Shown one piece after another: positions 9,410-19,047 of a stretch of 64,000 bases of DNA. The DNA lies in IMG/VR virus record IMGVR_UViG_3300027704_000008, positions 1 to 64,000 of that record. One strand, given 5' to 3'. A program made the translations under genes and the position numbers. The stretch is from a virus. The stretch's first letter is position 1; every line of letters begins with the position of its first letter. Below the pieces are notes generated by a model. That model did no database searches and had not been told where the DNA came from. It worked only from the letters and a program-made list of their open reading frames with translations.

Positions 9410-9437
9410 CAGCCCCAGCAATGGGGCTGTTCTATTT
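9410..9437 (+). terminator. GC-rich hairpin with a GCAA tetraloop, possible intrinsic terminator
   Basis: CAGCCCCA-GCAA-TGGGGCTG followed by TTCTATTT (weak U tract). Confidence 0.6.
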
Positions 9438-9450
9438 ACGGAAACTAATT

Positions 9451-9684
9451 ATGCCTATATACACATTACGCAATAAAGACACTGGGGAAACACAAGAACG
9501 TCAGATGTCAATATCAAGCAAGGAAGCTCTCATTGAAGAAGGAGAGTTTGAGCAAATTCATACCAAGTTAGCTAGCATTGTTTCTAGCCGGGGCAGCACG
9601 CTTGGACAAACTTCGGGCGACTGGAAAGACCTGTTAAAGCGAACCAAAAAAGGGTCTGGTAAAGGGAATACCATTAACACATGA
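9451..9684 (+). CDS. Small FmdB-like protein (Cys-less)
   Basis: Start moved to MPIYTLRNKDTGE; C-terminal WKDLLKRTKKGSG...NTIN; directly upstream of phoH. Confidence 0.7.
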   Translation: MPIYTLRNKDTGETQERQMSISSKEALIEEGEFEQIHTKLASIVSSRGSTLGQTSGDWKDLLKRTKKGSGKGNTINT

Positions 9685-10373
9685 GTAGACGATCAGAGAC
9701 CAACCCCATTCATATCAAAATAGATCAACTCAGAGTATTTGATCCATTAACCCCACACCAAAAGGAAGCATTCGATGCATGGAAGCAGGGAAATCATCTT
9801 ATCCTATCTGGGTCAGCTGGAACCGGTAAAACCTTCATAGCCTTATATCTTGCTCTGCAGGAGTCGTTAGATAAGTCAACTCCATATGAAGAGGTTCGTA
9901 TCATACGATCAATTGTGCCCACACGAGACATTGGACACTTACCTGGTACAGCAGAAGAAAAGCTACAGGCATACGCCGGACCTTACAAAGGAGTGGTCAG
10001 TCAACTGTTCGAAAGATCAGATGCATATGATACACTTGTACAGCAGAGAGATATAGCATTTGAGTCAACATCTTACCTACGAGGAGTCACCTTCGATAAC
10101 AGCATCGTTATCGTAGACGAGCTGCAGAATCTTAACTTCCACGAATTAGATAGTGTTATAACTCGTATAGGTAATAATAGTAAGATAATCTTCTGCGGTG
10201 ATTATTATCAAACAGATTTTAAAAGGGAAGGTGAAAAGAAAGAGTGCCTAGAGTTTATTGATATCGTGGAGCAGTTGAGAAACTTCTCCCACATAGAATT
10301 TACTTGGGACGATATCGTAAGAAGCGACTTCGTTAGAGACTATATAATGACGAAGGAGATGAGGAGAGCGTAA
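9681..10373 (+). CDS. phoH: PhoH family ATPase
   Basis: GSAGTGKT, GHLPG, LRGVTF, VDELQN, TRIG, CGD..QTD, DIVRS. Confidence 0.95.
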   Translation: MSRRSETNPIHIKIDQLRVFDPLTPHQKEAFDAWKQGNHLILSGSAGTGKTFIALYLALQESLDKSTPYEEVRIIRSIVPTRDIGHLPGTAEEKLQAYAGPYKGVVSQLFERSDAYDTLVQQRDIAFESTSYLRGVTFDNSIVIVDELQNLNFHELDSVITRIGNNSKIIFCGDYYQTDFKREGEKKECLEFIDIVEQLRNFSHIEFTWDDIVRSDFVRDYIMTKEMRRA

Positions 10374-10374
10374 G

Positions 10375-10794
10375 ATGTATAAGCCGGACAATTTTATTAT
10401 CCAAGAGCTAGTTGATCCTGAACTATATGAAATGTTTAAGGACAATGAAGATGTTATGTGGAGGATGTTTGATGAGGAGGCTTTGCGGGGTCTGCAGTGG
10501 CTTAGAGACCGGTTCGGATCAGCTACAGTTAATAGCTGGGAGATGGGTGGCGATCGAAAGTGGTCTGGTATGCGAACAACTAAAAGTCCATACTATAGCC
10601 AGGGCTCTATGCACAGCTGTGGTAAAGCGTTTGATATCATCTTTGATAACTACACTGCCGAAGAGGTCCGTGAAGAACTCAAGCTACTTGGAAACACTCC
10701 CCATATAACTCGATATGAAGATGACGTTTCTTGGACACATATGGATACCAAACCAACCAACACTCCAGACAAAGACTACTACTTTAAAGTTTAG
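10375..10794 (+). CDS. Peptidase M15 family zinc peptidase, candidate endolysin
   Basis: SGMR...SMHSCGKAFDI...WTHMD. Confidence 0.8.
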   Translation: MYKPDNFIIQELVDPELYEMFKDNEDVMWRMFDEEALRGLQWLRDRFGSATVNSWEMGGDRKWSGMRTTKSPYYSQGSMHSCGKAFDIIFDNYTAEEVREELKLLGNTPHITRYEDDVSWTHMDTKPTNTPDKDYYFKV

Positions 10795-10806
10795 GATGAT
10801 TAAATA

Positions 10807-10938
10807 ATGGCTAAATATACGCGCCACGATCAGCGTAATAAGAAGCGAAATAAACACAAGTGCGAGTCGAGGGATGGACGTCACTCCCCAAAAGTTAAGC
10901 GGGTAGGAAAAACCCCAACGGGAGTGCTAGCCGCATGA
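10807..10938 (+). CDS. Small basic protein, 43 aa (not in the ORF track)
   Basis: MAKYTRHDQRNKKRNKHK...; AGGA upstream; ATGA overlap with the next gene. Confidence 0.6.
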   Translation: MAKYTRHDQRNKKRNKHKCESRDGRHSPKVKRVGKTPTGVLAA

Positions 10939-11219
10939 AGATTGATCTTAACGACGATGATGTCATAACTGAAAAGGAGTTGGACCTTTCACGACAGATA
11001 GCCGATCTAAGAAATGATCAGCTCAAGTGGGACGCGCAACGACATATGGCGTGGGTGGCTTTGTGGTCAATGGTACTCACTGTTGCTCTGATATTAACAG
11101 CTTTCATTAGCAACGAGCGAGTCACTTCTATTCGACCAATCATAGAAGTATTCATATTTGCTCAGAGTGGAGTGGTAGCGTTCTTCTTTGGTTTCTCAGC
11201 GTGGCTAAATAAAAAATAA
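10935..11219 (+). CDS. Two-TM membrane protein, holin-like
   Basis: EF-hand-like DLNDDDVITEKE N-terminus and two hydrophobic helices; near the M15 peptidase. Confidence 0.6.
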   Translation: MKIDLNDDDVITEKELDLSRQIADLRNDQLKWDAQRHMAWVALWSMVLTVALILTAFISNERVTSIRPIIEVFIFAQSGVVAFFFGFSAWLNKK

Positions 11220-11224
11220 AGTAG

Positions 11225-11253
11225 TTGTATATGTACTGGAAATACAGTATAAT
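11225..11253 (+). promoter_or_regulatory. sigma70-type promoter heading the glycosylation island
   Basis: TTGTAT-N17-TATAAT. Confidence 0.65.
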
Positions 11254-11285
11254 ATACATCATATGTTGACGTAGGATTTTTTGTA

Positions 11286-12035
11286 ATGAAGAACTTAGTT
11301 TATCAGTATTACATTCCATATGAAGCTGGTGATAAAGACATCGGCGGCGCTTCAATGCCTAATTGGGCATTATCCGGATCCACTTCAGCTAAATCATATG
11401 CTGCACATTGTGGCGCAGATTATATGTTGAGTCACGATCGACTCTACCCTCACCTCGACCCTCGACTAGAATCCCTCCAGTTAATTCACGATCCAACATT
11501 TGAACAGTATGATCATATCCTGGCTCTCGATCTTGATATGATTATTGCTACTCGTGAAAATATATTTGAACTGCCTATACAAGACATTGCTATGGTACAC
11601 GAGCTTGGTGTTTTCACAGGAAATTCAGCTGGTTGGATTAACAAGATTATGAATCATCCCATGGAGCAGAGAGGTGTCAGAGCTTATGGCCGTCATCTAT
11701 TTGGATCCGATTGGGATTTTCCTAAATCAACTTTGTATCCACAAGAACAGTTTCGATACATGAATGGAGGTCTGCAACTTTGGTCCGCTGCAGGTAGATT
11801 AAAAGCCAGAGAGAACTTCAGATGTGTTAATCATTATTATGCCCACACTCGATACACGGAGCAGATGTATATCAACATACAATTATCTCAACCAATGTTC
11901 AACGTCACAGAATTAGATACTTCGTGGAACCGGCTAGCTTATCAATGGCCCGGAAAAAAACCTGATGGTAAGATTAATCACTTTCTCGGACAGTCTAAGT
12001 CAATGATGAGTCAATATGGGAACTTGCACCAATGA
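11286..12035 (+). CDS. GT-A fold glycosyltransferase (GT8/GT34-like)
   Basis: YDHILALDLD (DxD), MNGGL, EQ.YIN, LDTSWN, INHF. Confidence 0.8.
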   Translation: MKNLVYQYYIPYEAGDKDIGGASMPNWALSGSTSAKSYAAHCGADYMLSHDRLYPHLDPRLESLQLIHDPTFEQYDHILALDLDMIIATRENIFELPIQDIAMVHELGVFTGNSAGWINKIMNHPMEQRGVRAYGRHLFGSDWDFPKSTLYPQEQFRYMNGGLQLWSAAGRLKARENFRCVNHYYAHTRYTEQMYINIQLSQPMFNVTELDTSWNRLAYQWPGKKPDGKINHFLGQSKSMMSQYGNLHQ

Positions 12036-12622
12036 GCAATTACCTTGAAGTAGGCGCATCTAAACAAAGAGGATTGAACTGGATGTTGATTGGATTCAAT
12101 GTCCACGATATGACAAATCTACCAATACCGATGGTATCAGATAATGAGTTTGATGGTGTATATTCTGAGCACTTCATTGAGCACTTATACAAGTATCAAG
12201 GTATTAATTTTTTGAAGGAGTGTATGCGAATACTCAAGCCTGGTGGCACTATTCGAATCTGCTGGCCAGCATACGAATACGTTGAACGGTTGGTTGGTCC
12301 CGAGGATTTGACTAAGGACGAGTTTGTTGATGAGTATTACAATTTATATATCAAACCTAAACAGCATGATGAGTTTAAAGAGCATATGCATAGATCGCCT
12401 CAAGAACAAGTCGCGTTGAATATTATACATCAAGCTGGTCAGCATTTGCACGTTTGGGCCAAGACAGAATTGATGCAGGAGCTTTCGGACTTGGGATATG
12501 TGAACGTAGTCGATTGTGAATATGGTAAGAGTTCTATTATTGACTTCAATAATATTGAGACACCAGGAAGACTCAGAGAACTCCATTCCAGTCAAATTGA
12601 AGCTACAAAACCTAGGAATTAA
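12032..12622 (+). CDS. SAM-dependent methyltransferase (Methyltransf_11-like)
   Basis: FDGVYSEHFIEHL...LKECMRILKPGGTIRI. Confidence 0.85.
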   Translation: MSNYLEVGASKQRGLNWMLIGFNVHDMTNLPIPMVSDNEFDGVYSEHFIEHLYKYQGINFLKECMRILKPGGTIRICWPAYEYVERLVGPEDLTKDEFVDEYYNLYIKPKQHDEFKEHMHRSPQEQVALNIIHQAGQHLHVWAKTELMQELSDLGYVNVVDCEYGKSSIIDFNNIETPGRLRELHSSQIEATKPRN

Positions 12623-12624
12623 TT

Positions 12625-13227
12625 ATGGCCACTTATTTAGAAATAGCAGCAGCCCGTAAACGTGGTCTCAATTGGGACGGCATTAGAGATGTTCCAATGG
12701 ATGGTTGTATGGTATATGATATGACCAACCTACCTATGAAGGGTGTGCAAGATAATACTTATGATGGTGTATATTCTGAGCACTTCATTGAGCACCTGCA
12801 CAAATATCAAGGCATCAATTTTCTAAAAGAATGTCTCCGTGTAATGAAACCAGGCGGCACCGTGCGCACATGCTGGCCCCCATATGATATTATAAAACGG
12901 TTAACCAGTAACGAAGATCTTTCTACTGATGAGTTTGTACAACACTATTACAACTTCTATGTTCAGAAACATAAGTTTGCTCCTCCAGGTAATGAGCACC
13001 GGAGCATGCAAGAACAAGTGGCTTTAGGTTTATTGCATCAATCTGGTGAACACAAATATCTCTGGGGTAAGCAAGAACTGATCGATACGCTTGGGGGGTT
13101 GGGTTTTGTTAATGTCAAGGAGTGCTCTTATAATAAAAGTTCTATATTAGATTTCAACGGTATAGAAACACCAGGTAGGATAAGAATGTTACATTCAGTG
13201 ATAGTAGAGGCATGTAAGCCGTGCTAA
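12625..13227 (+). CDS. SAM-dependent methyltransferase, tandem paralog of 12032-12622
   Basis: YDGVYSEHFIEHL...LKECLRVMKPGGTVR. Confidence 0.85.
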   Translation: MATYLEIAAARKRGLNWDGIRDVPMDGCMVYDMTNLPMKGVQDNTYDGVYSEHFIEHLHKYQGINFLKECLRVMKPGGTVRTCWPPYDIIKRLTSNEDLSTDEFVQHYYNFYVQKHKFAPPGNEHRSMQEQVALGLLHQSGEHKYLWGKQELIDTLGGLGFVNVKECSYNKSSILDFNGIETPGRIRMLHSVIVEACKPC

Positions 13228-13760
13228 CCATAATTGTATTGTATAAAGACACACCGGACATATTTAAAGAATATTGGTTACCCTTGATATACAAACATGG
13301 AGGGCAAGGGGCTCTACACGGAGCATGCTTGGAGTTTATTATTGTCGATAACGGATCAGATAATCCGTTGCCGGATCAAGGAATAAAAAATCTAAGAATA
13401 TACACCGCAGCAAAAACATTGCCTAATGATCAAGCCATCGGCATGGCGATTAGATATGCTCAAAATGAGTTAATACTTATTACGGATATTCATTCGTTGC
13501 CCACATATCAAACCATGACATTACTACAAGACCTATATAATAAGAATCAAACAATTTGGCCAGTGTGGTTTGACGCTCCCGACGTTAAATGTGAAAATGC
13601 CTTCTCTATACTGAGATCCGATTTTAAGAAACATAATGATATCCGAAAATGCGCCCAGCTAACTCAATCCTCGGTAGACTCTACAGCTAGTATGTATCGG
13701 GTTCCGTGGAGCATAATTATAGACAAAAACGCCGCTCGAATAAAAGCTCTTTATGAATAA
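13221..13760 (+). CDS. GT2-like glycosyltransferase, divergent
   Basis: LTIIVLY, EFIIVDNGSD, AQNELILITD; the DxD position reads DIH. Confidence 0.6.
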   Translation: MLTIIVLYKDTPDIFKEYWLPLIYKHGGQGALHGACLEFIIVDNGSDNPLPDQGIKNLRIYTAAKTLPNDQAIGMAIRYAQNELILITDIHSLPTYQTMTLLQDLYNKNQTIWPVWFDAPDVKCENAFSILRSDFKKHNDIRKCAQLTQSSVDSTASMYRVPWSIIIDKNAARIKALYE

Positions 13761-14766
13761 TATACTTGTTGTGGGCGCAGGATTATCTGGGGCAGTTATT
13801 GCTAGGGAACTTGCTGAATTTGGTTGTAATGTGCATGTTATAGACAAGAGGGATCATGTTGCCGGAAACGCTTATGATTATCAAGATTCGTATACCGGTA
13901 TACGAATACATAAATATGGTCCTCATATATTTCACACCAATAACAAAAAAGCCTTCACTTGGTTCACTCGCTTTGGTGAGTGGGTTAATTATAAACATAA
14001 GGTGAAGGCTAAGTTGAAAAATGGTCAAATGGTGACTCTACCCGTCAATCTGACTACAAAAAGGATTGTCGGCGAAAATAATTTACTCGATGTTTTATTT
14101 CGCCCATATACAAAGAAGATGTGGAACAAAGAAATAGAAGAGTTGTCTCCCACTATTCTAAACCGGTTACCCACCCGAGACGATGATAACGAGTACTATT
14201 TTCCTAATGATCAATATCAATTTATGCCTAAGTCTGGATACACATCTATATTCAAAGAAATATTTGATCACAAAAATATCAAAGTTAGTCTGAACACCCC
14301 TTTCCATAAACATATGAAAAAAGATTATGATCATATATTCAACTCAATGTCTATAGATGAGTATTTTGACTACAGATATGGAAAGTTACCATATAGATCC
14401 ATAAAATTTTTAACGTCCACTTTAGGAGAAACTCAATATTACGGTTTGCCGGTAGTAAATTTTACAGACATGGGACCATTCACGCGCGTAACAGAGTGGA
14501 AGTGTTTTCCATCACACGGTGAAAATAAAAACTGCACAGTCGTGACCTTTGAGGAACCCTGCGACTATATGGACAACAATCTAGAAAGATATTATCCAGT
14601 AAAAGACATAGATGGATCAAATAGAAGGACATATCAATCTTATAAATTATTAGTAGAAGATAATATGACTTTCATCGGTCGGTGTGGAATGTATGTCTAT
14701 ATCGATATGGATCAGGCGATACATTCATCGCTAATAACAGCGCAGAAATTTAAGGATACAATATGA
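13753..14766 (+). CDS. glf: UDP-galactopyranose mutase
   Basis: VVGAGLSG FAD motif, HKYGPHIFHT, YTKKMW, LPYRSIKF, TRVTEWK, YYPV, GRCG.Y.Y.DMDQ. Confidence 0.95.
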   Translation: MNNILVVGAGLSGAVIARELAEFGCNVHVIDKRDHVAGNAYDYQDSYTGIRIHKYGPHIFHTNNKKAFTWFTRFGEWVNYKHKVKAKLKNGQMVTLPVNLTTKRIVGENNLLDVLFRPYTKKMWNKEIEELSPTILNRLPTRDDDNEYYFPNDQYQFMPKSGYTSIFKEIFDHKNIKVSLNTPFHKHMKKDYDHIFNSMSIDEYFDYRYGKLPYRSIKFLTSTLGETQYYGLPVVNFTDMGPFTRVTEWKCFPSHGENKNCTVVTFEEPCDYMDNNLERYYPVKDIDGSNRRTYQSYKLLVEDNMTFIGRCGMYVYIDMDQAIHSSLITAQKFKDTI

Positions 14767-15587
14767 AGAATTTGATATATCAATACTGGGCAGGACCAGA
14801 TAAACCAGGAGTAACAGCCAGCACCGAGAAGATGGCAGAATACGCCAAACGCATCGGCGCGCAATATAGATTTGATAATAATATAATCATTGCTGGACAT
14901 AAGTGTGATGTGCCTATCTATTATGAACCAGCTAATCCGTTGGTGGATGATTCGTTCGATCAATATGATAATGTCGCTTTAGTTGACATTGATGTATTTC
15001 CAATTGATTCACTATCGGAAAATATATTTGAACATTTAAGCGGAGAAGACGCTGGTATATGCACTGAACCCATGCAACCATACTGGAGACAGATATATAA
15101 CGTAGCTAGCATAACAAACACCAATGATATGAGGTGGTGTAGTATACTAAAAGATAATTGGGGTGTAAATTATTCCTTTGATAATGAAGGACGACCAATG
15201 GTATATAATACCGGAGTGGTCGTCATTTCTAAAAAAGGACTGCAAAAGATTAAGAGTACTTGGCCGTCCTTTCAAGAATATATTAATGCTATGCGGCGCG
15301 CTGGCTTACCAAATTTTTACAACTTGTTTCAAGATTATTTCTCGGCCTTTATACATAAAGAGGGTTTTGAGTTCAAGTCTATGCATAATGGTTGGAATTC
15401 GTATGTACATAAACTTGGTGCACGTCCAAATGCTATAGCCAATGATACCAGAACCGATGAAACAAAACTGGTTCATATCATGTTTCGTAATGCAGATAAT
15501 TGGCCAGCAGATGCTCTTTGGCGAGTAACAAATCTACCCGTAACTCTCTGGAATTTACCAGTGCATTCTAACTGGCCAAATGATTGA
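14763..15587 (+). CDS. GT-A fold glycosyltransferase
   Basis: YDNVALVDID, YNTGVVV; paralog of 11286-12035. Confidence 0.8.
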   Translation: MKNLIYQYWAGPDKPGVTASTEKMAEYAKRIGAQYRFDNNIIIAGHKCDVPIYYEPANPLVDDSFDQYDNVALVDIDVFPIDSLSENIFEHLSGEDAGICTEPMQPYWRQIYNVASITNTNDMRWCSILKDNWGVNYSFDNEGRPMVYNTGVVVISKKGLQKIKSTWPSFQEYINAMRRAGLPNFYNLFQDYFSAFIHKEGFEFKSMHNGWNSYVHKLGARPNAIANDTRTDETKLVHIMFRNADNWPADALWRVTNLPVTLWNLPVHSNWPND

Positions 15588-16249
15588 TGAAAAATATTAT
15601 ACTTCAACATTTTACCGGAGAACTAAGACCGCTTGATAGATTATCAATATCAAACATAACAAGGTATTGTCATAAGATAGGCGTGGAATATGAATTAGTG
15701 TTGGGTCAAGCATTTCGGGAGCACCTCACTCCCCCGTGCCAAAAGGTATGTTTATTAGATGAACGTTTCGATCGATATGATAACGTTTTAATGCTAGACA
15801 TAGATATGTTTGCTACTAGAGATCTTTCCGATAATGTATTCGACATCGAGCCCGGAATAGGATTGCACGTTCAAACGCAACAAATGCTGCTGAGTCGTAT
15901 GGTGAGTCATTATAGGTTGCGTCCTCAATCGGCATATTGGGGTGGATCTTTCTATAAGATGGATCGAGAAACTAGGATAAAACTTCGCTCATTTATTCCC
16001 AAGGACGATAGTTGGATGGACTTATATAACAAACCATATCATTTTGAAGACGAAGGTATCATGGCTGAATTGTACCATAAGGCCGGATACACAGATACGA
16101 AATACATAGATAGACGTTGGTGCCAATGTAGTTTTTTACCCGAGCACGTGCCAGGCTTCATACACATCAGAACCAAGATAACTCCAGCTGGTCCAAAAAG
16201 AGAAAAGCTGGCTAACTATGACCACCTGGTATCAAAGGAAATAATATGA
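15584..16249 (+). CDS. GT-A fold glycosyltransferase
   Basis: YDNVLMLDID, EDEGIM, FIHIR. Confidence 0.75.
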   Translation: MMKNIILQHFTGELRPLDRLSISNITRYCHKIGVEYELVLGQAFREHLTPPCQKVCLLDERFDRYDNVLMLDIDMFATRDLSDNVFDIEPGIGLHVQTQQMLLSRMVSHYRLRPQSAYWGGSFYKMDRETRIKLRSFIPKDDSWMDLYNKPYHFEDEGIMAELYHKAGYTDTKYIDRRWCQCSFLPEHVPGFIHIRTKITPAGPKREKLANYDHLVSKEII

Positions 16250-16965
16250 ACAATATAATACTACAACATTGGAATGGAGACTTACCTAGCTGGGCATCTG
16301 TAGCTAGACAGACCATGGAAAATTATGCACAAGCTATAGGGTGTGATTATGAATTGGTCACAGGACATCCTGTGGGAAAACAACATGGTCCATGGAGTCA
16401 GAAGTTGTGTCACCTTGATGAAAAGTATGATAAATATGATAAGGTGTTAATGTTAGATATGGATACCATTGCCACTAGAAAGAACGCTAATGTTTTTGAT
16501 AGGCCTGAGGTTGGTGTGATACACGAACGCGCGATGATGGGGCCACACCGCGCCCGAACACCTAAAGGGGCTCCAGGTTTATATAATCGCGGCGAGTTAG
16601 TGTTCTTTGGTAACTTTATAATGTTGAAACGGGGTCAAAGATTGGCTCTTCGTGAGCATTTAGATTGGAACTTATTTGAAAAAGAAATAATAGATCATTA
16701 CTGTGGTGATGAAATTATTATGCATTATCTACTCGACAAGTCTGGTATACTGAAAGGTAAACCGTATGAAGAAATTTGTATGAGGTGCGGTGGAACTACA
16801 ATTGATAATGTGTATTTTAGAGAGTCTGGTACATATGATAAATTATTCTGCAATTTACCAGATGTGGGTCACACCGATCCTGATGGAAATGCTACCTTCG
16901 TTCATTTTTGTTCAAATCGAAAAAATAATTTAGAGTCTTTTGTTTCACAGCATAACATACTGTAA
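16246..16965 (+). CDS. GT-A fold glycosyltransferase
   Basis: YDKVLMLDMD, GDEIIM, FVHF; paralog of 15584-16249. Confidence 0.75.
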   Translation: MNNIILQHWNGDLPSWASVARQTMENYAQAIGCDYELVTGHPVGKQHGPWSQKLCHLDEKYDKYDKVLMLDMDTIATRKNANVFDRPEVGVIHERAMMGPHRARTPKGAPGLYNRGELVFFGNFIMLKRGQRLALREHLDWNLFEKEIIDHYCGDEIIMHYLLDKSGILKGKPYEEICMRCGGTTIDNVYFRESGTYDKLFCNLPDVGHTDPDGNATFVHFCSNRKNNLESFVSQHNIL

Positions 16966-16976
16966 GGAGAAATATT

Positions 16977-17555
16977 ATGATGTTTGGTCGCAACCCTGGT
17001 TCAGATAGAACCGTAGATCATATACCATTGGGTTCCACAGGCGCCGAGTTGGGTGTTTGGAAAGGTGATACATCCGCAAAGTTTTTAACTCGGGCTGGAC
17101 ACCTGCACCTAGTAGATTCGTGGAGTCCTATCCCGTATGAGGAATCTGGAGAATGGGGTACCTATCAGAATTATCTAGACAGATATTCCTGTCTAGTTGG
17201 AGGAGAAACAACCGAAGATTTTAATCAATTCTATGATCAAATATGTGAAGGTGTTAAAGCGAGATTTCTCTCTAGTAATGTAACAATACATAGAATGAGC
17301 ACAGATTCTTGGTTTGATAGAGCAATCAATAAGTATACCTTAGACTGGATATATGTTGACGCAAGCCACGCATACGAACAAGTATTAAAAGATCTTAACA
17401 ACAGTCTGCGGGTAGTTAAATATGGAGGATTTATTATTGGAGACGATTACTCTGATAAGAAACCTGGAGTGAAAGCGGCCGTGAACGATTTCATCTCATC
17501 GACGGACTATGTGCTTGACAACTTTTATGATGATCAATATAAAATAAACTTATGA
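16977..17555 (+). CDS. Class I SAM-dependent methyltransferase (Methyltransf_24-like)
   Basis: GAELGVWKG, LVDSW, LDWIYVDASHAYE, GGFIIGDDY, GVKAAV. Confidence 0.9.
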   Translation: MMFGRNPGSDRTVDHIPLGSTGAELGVWKGDTSAKFLTRAGHLHLVDSWSPIPYEESGEWGTYQNYLDRYSCLVGGETTEDFNQFYDQICEGVKARFLSSNVTIHRMSTDSWFDRAINKYTLDWIYVDASHAYEQVLKDLNNSLRVVKYGGFIIGDDYSDKKPGVKAAVNDFISSTDYVLDNFYDDQYKINL

Positions 17556-17650
17556 ACATAGATACCGCTAACATGCAATCTGGTGATGATAAACAACGCA
17601 TTGCAACAGCCGTAGAAAAGGCTATAAAGATTAACAACGGTTAATACATA

Positions 17651-18376
17651 ATGATAAAGATATATATTATTACGACGAAAACTGACACGGCCACTAATCA
17701 AAGCCGCAAATTAATACACTCTATGTCCAAAAACAACATTGATACAGAGTGTATACTTGTTGAGGCGACTACTCCAGAAACGTTGACTTCACATTCGGCT
17801 GCGTCTAATCGCTTGTCCTCCTTCAAATGGAATTGGCCACTAACACCCCAGCAGAGTGGTATTGACATGGCGTCAGGGCTTTATAAGAACGCCTATGCCG
17901 CGCAAAATCAACAAAAGGTCATCGCCTGTGCAATCTCTCATGCTTTATTGTGGGAAAAATGTGTTGATATGGATGAGGATATAATGATACTCGAAAGTGA
18001 TTCTGTATTCACTCGTCATTTCGACTATAACGATGTCAAGGATAGCAAGTGGGGTGCACTTGGATTAAACGATCCACGAGGGACAACACGAAAGGCTTCG
18101 GTTTTTCATTCCATTGCTACAGCCAATAGGAAGCCGGGCGTATATAGTGTTCCGAAAGTTGATGAAATAGGAAGCGTTCCTCAACCACAGGGCTTAGCTG
18201 GGAATAGTGCATACCTGATACGTCCATATGCAGCAGCCCAGCTGCTAGACGCTATTGATACATATGGACTATGGCCCAACGATGCTTTGATGTGTCAAGA
18301 AATGTTTTCGTGGTTACGGATCACACAACCGTTTTATACTCGTGTGCAAGGTGGTGGATCGTCCACTAAAGGATAA
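17651..18376 (+). CDS. GT25-like glycosyltransferase
   Basis: ACAISHALLWEKC, MILESD, AYLIRPYAA. Confidence 0.8.
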   Translation: MIKIYIITTKTDTATNQSRKLIHSMSKNNIDTECILVEATTPETLTSHSAASNRLSSFKWNWPLTPQQSGIDMASGLYKNAYAAQNQQKVIACAISHALLWEKCVDMDEDIMILESDSVFTRHFDYNDVKDSKWGALGLNDPRGTTRKASVFHSIATANRKPGVYSVPKVDEIGSVPQPQGLAGNSAYLIRPYAAAQLLDAIDTYGLWPNDALMCQEMFSWLRITQPFYTRVQGGGSSTKG

Positions 18377-18384
18377 ATTATATT

Positions 18385-19047
18385 ATGAAAGCATTTGTTA
18401 TAACTATTATGAAGATGCGGGAGTCATATGACTGCGCGCAGAGGTGTATTAGGTCAGGCGCAAAATATGGTATTGATATAACACCGTTCTCTGCTATCAC
18501 GCCTTCAGATGGTCCAGTTAAGTTACTGCGTAGAGAAGGTATTGATTCTGAGCCGTTCACTAATAATGAATACTCTAAAGATCTCAATGCTATGTCGTGT
18601 TTTTTATCTCACTATCATTTGTGGAAGCGTTGTGCCAACGGTGACGAACCATATATGATACTGGAACACGATGCTGTGTTTACTGCCCCGTTACCGACTC
18701 TTATGTTTGATAAGGTCGTAAGTGTCGGCGCTCCAAGCTTCGGATCGTTCAACACCCCCACAACCCTTGGAGTGGGTCCGTTGGTTAGTAAGCGATACTT
18801 TCCAGGAGCCCATGCGTATCTTGTTAACCCACGAGGCGCAAAAGAACTGGTTGACCAGGCTAAGGTAACAGCAGCTCCCACAGACGTATTTCTTCATATA
18901 GGTACCTTCCCTTGGTTGCAAGAGTGCTACCCATGGGTAGCTGAGGTAAGAGATACTTTTACCACCGTTCAGGTGCAACGAGGATGTGAAGCTAAGCATA
19001 GTTATCGTAAGTCGGCTGCGGACTATAAAATTATGGATATTAAATGA
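18385..19047 (+). CDS. GT25-like glycosyltransferase
   Basis: SCFLSHYHLWKRC, MILEHDA, GAHAYLVNPRGAKEL, PTDVFL. Confidence 0.85.
   Translation: MKAFVITIMKMRESYDCAQRCIRSGAKYGIDITPFSAITPSDGPVKLLRREGIDSEPFTNNEYSKDLNAMSCFLSHYHLWKRCANGDEPYMILEHDAVFTAPLPTLMFDKVVSVGAPSFGSFNTPTTLGVGPLVSKRYFPGAHAYLVNPRGAKELVDQAKVTAAPTDVFLHIGTFPWLQECYPWVAEVRDTFTTVQVQRGCEAKHSYRKSAADYKIMDIK

Noticed and set aside
17552-17644. 30-codon ORF MNIDTANMQSGDDKQRIATAVEKAIKINNG inside the glycan island
   Set aside because: It has an ATGA overlap but is too short and featureless to call; it may be a gene remnant.
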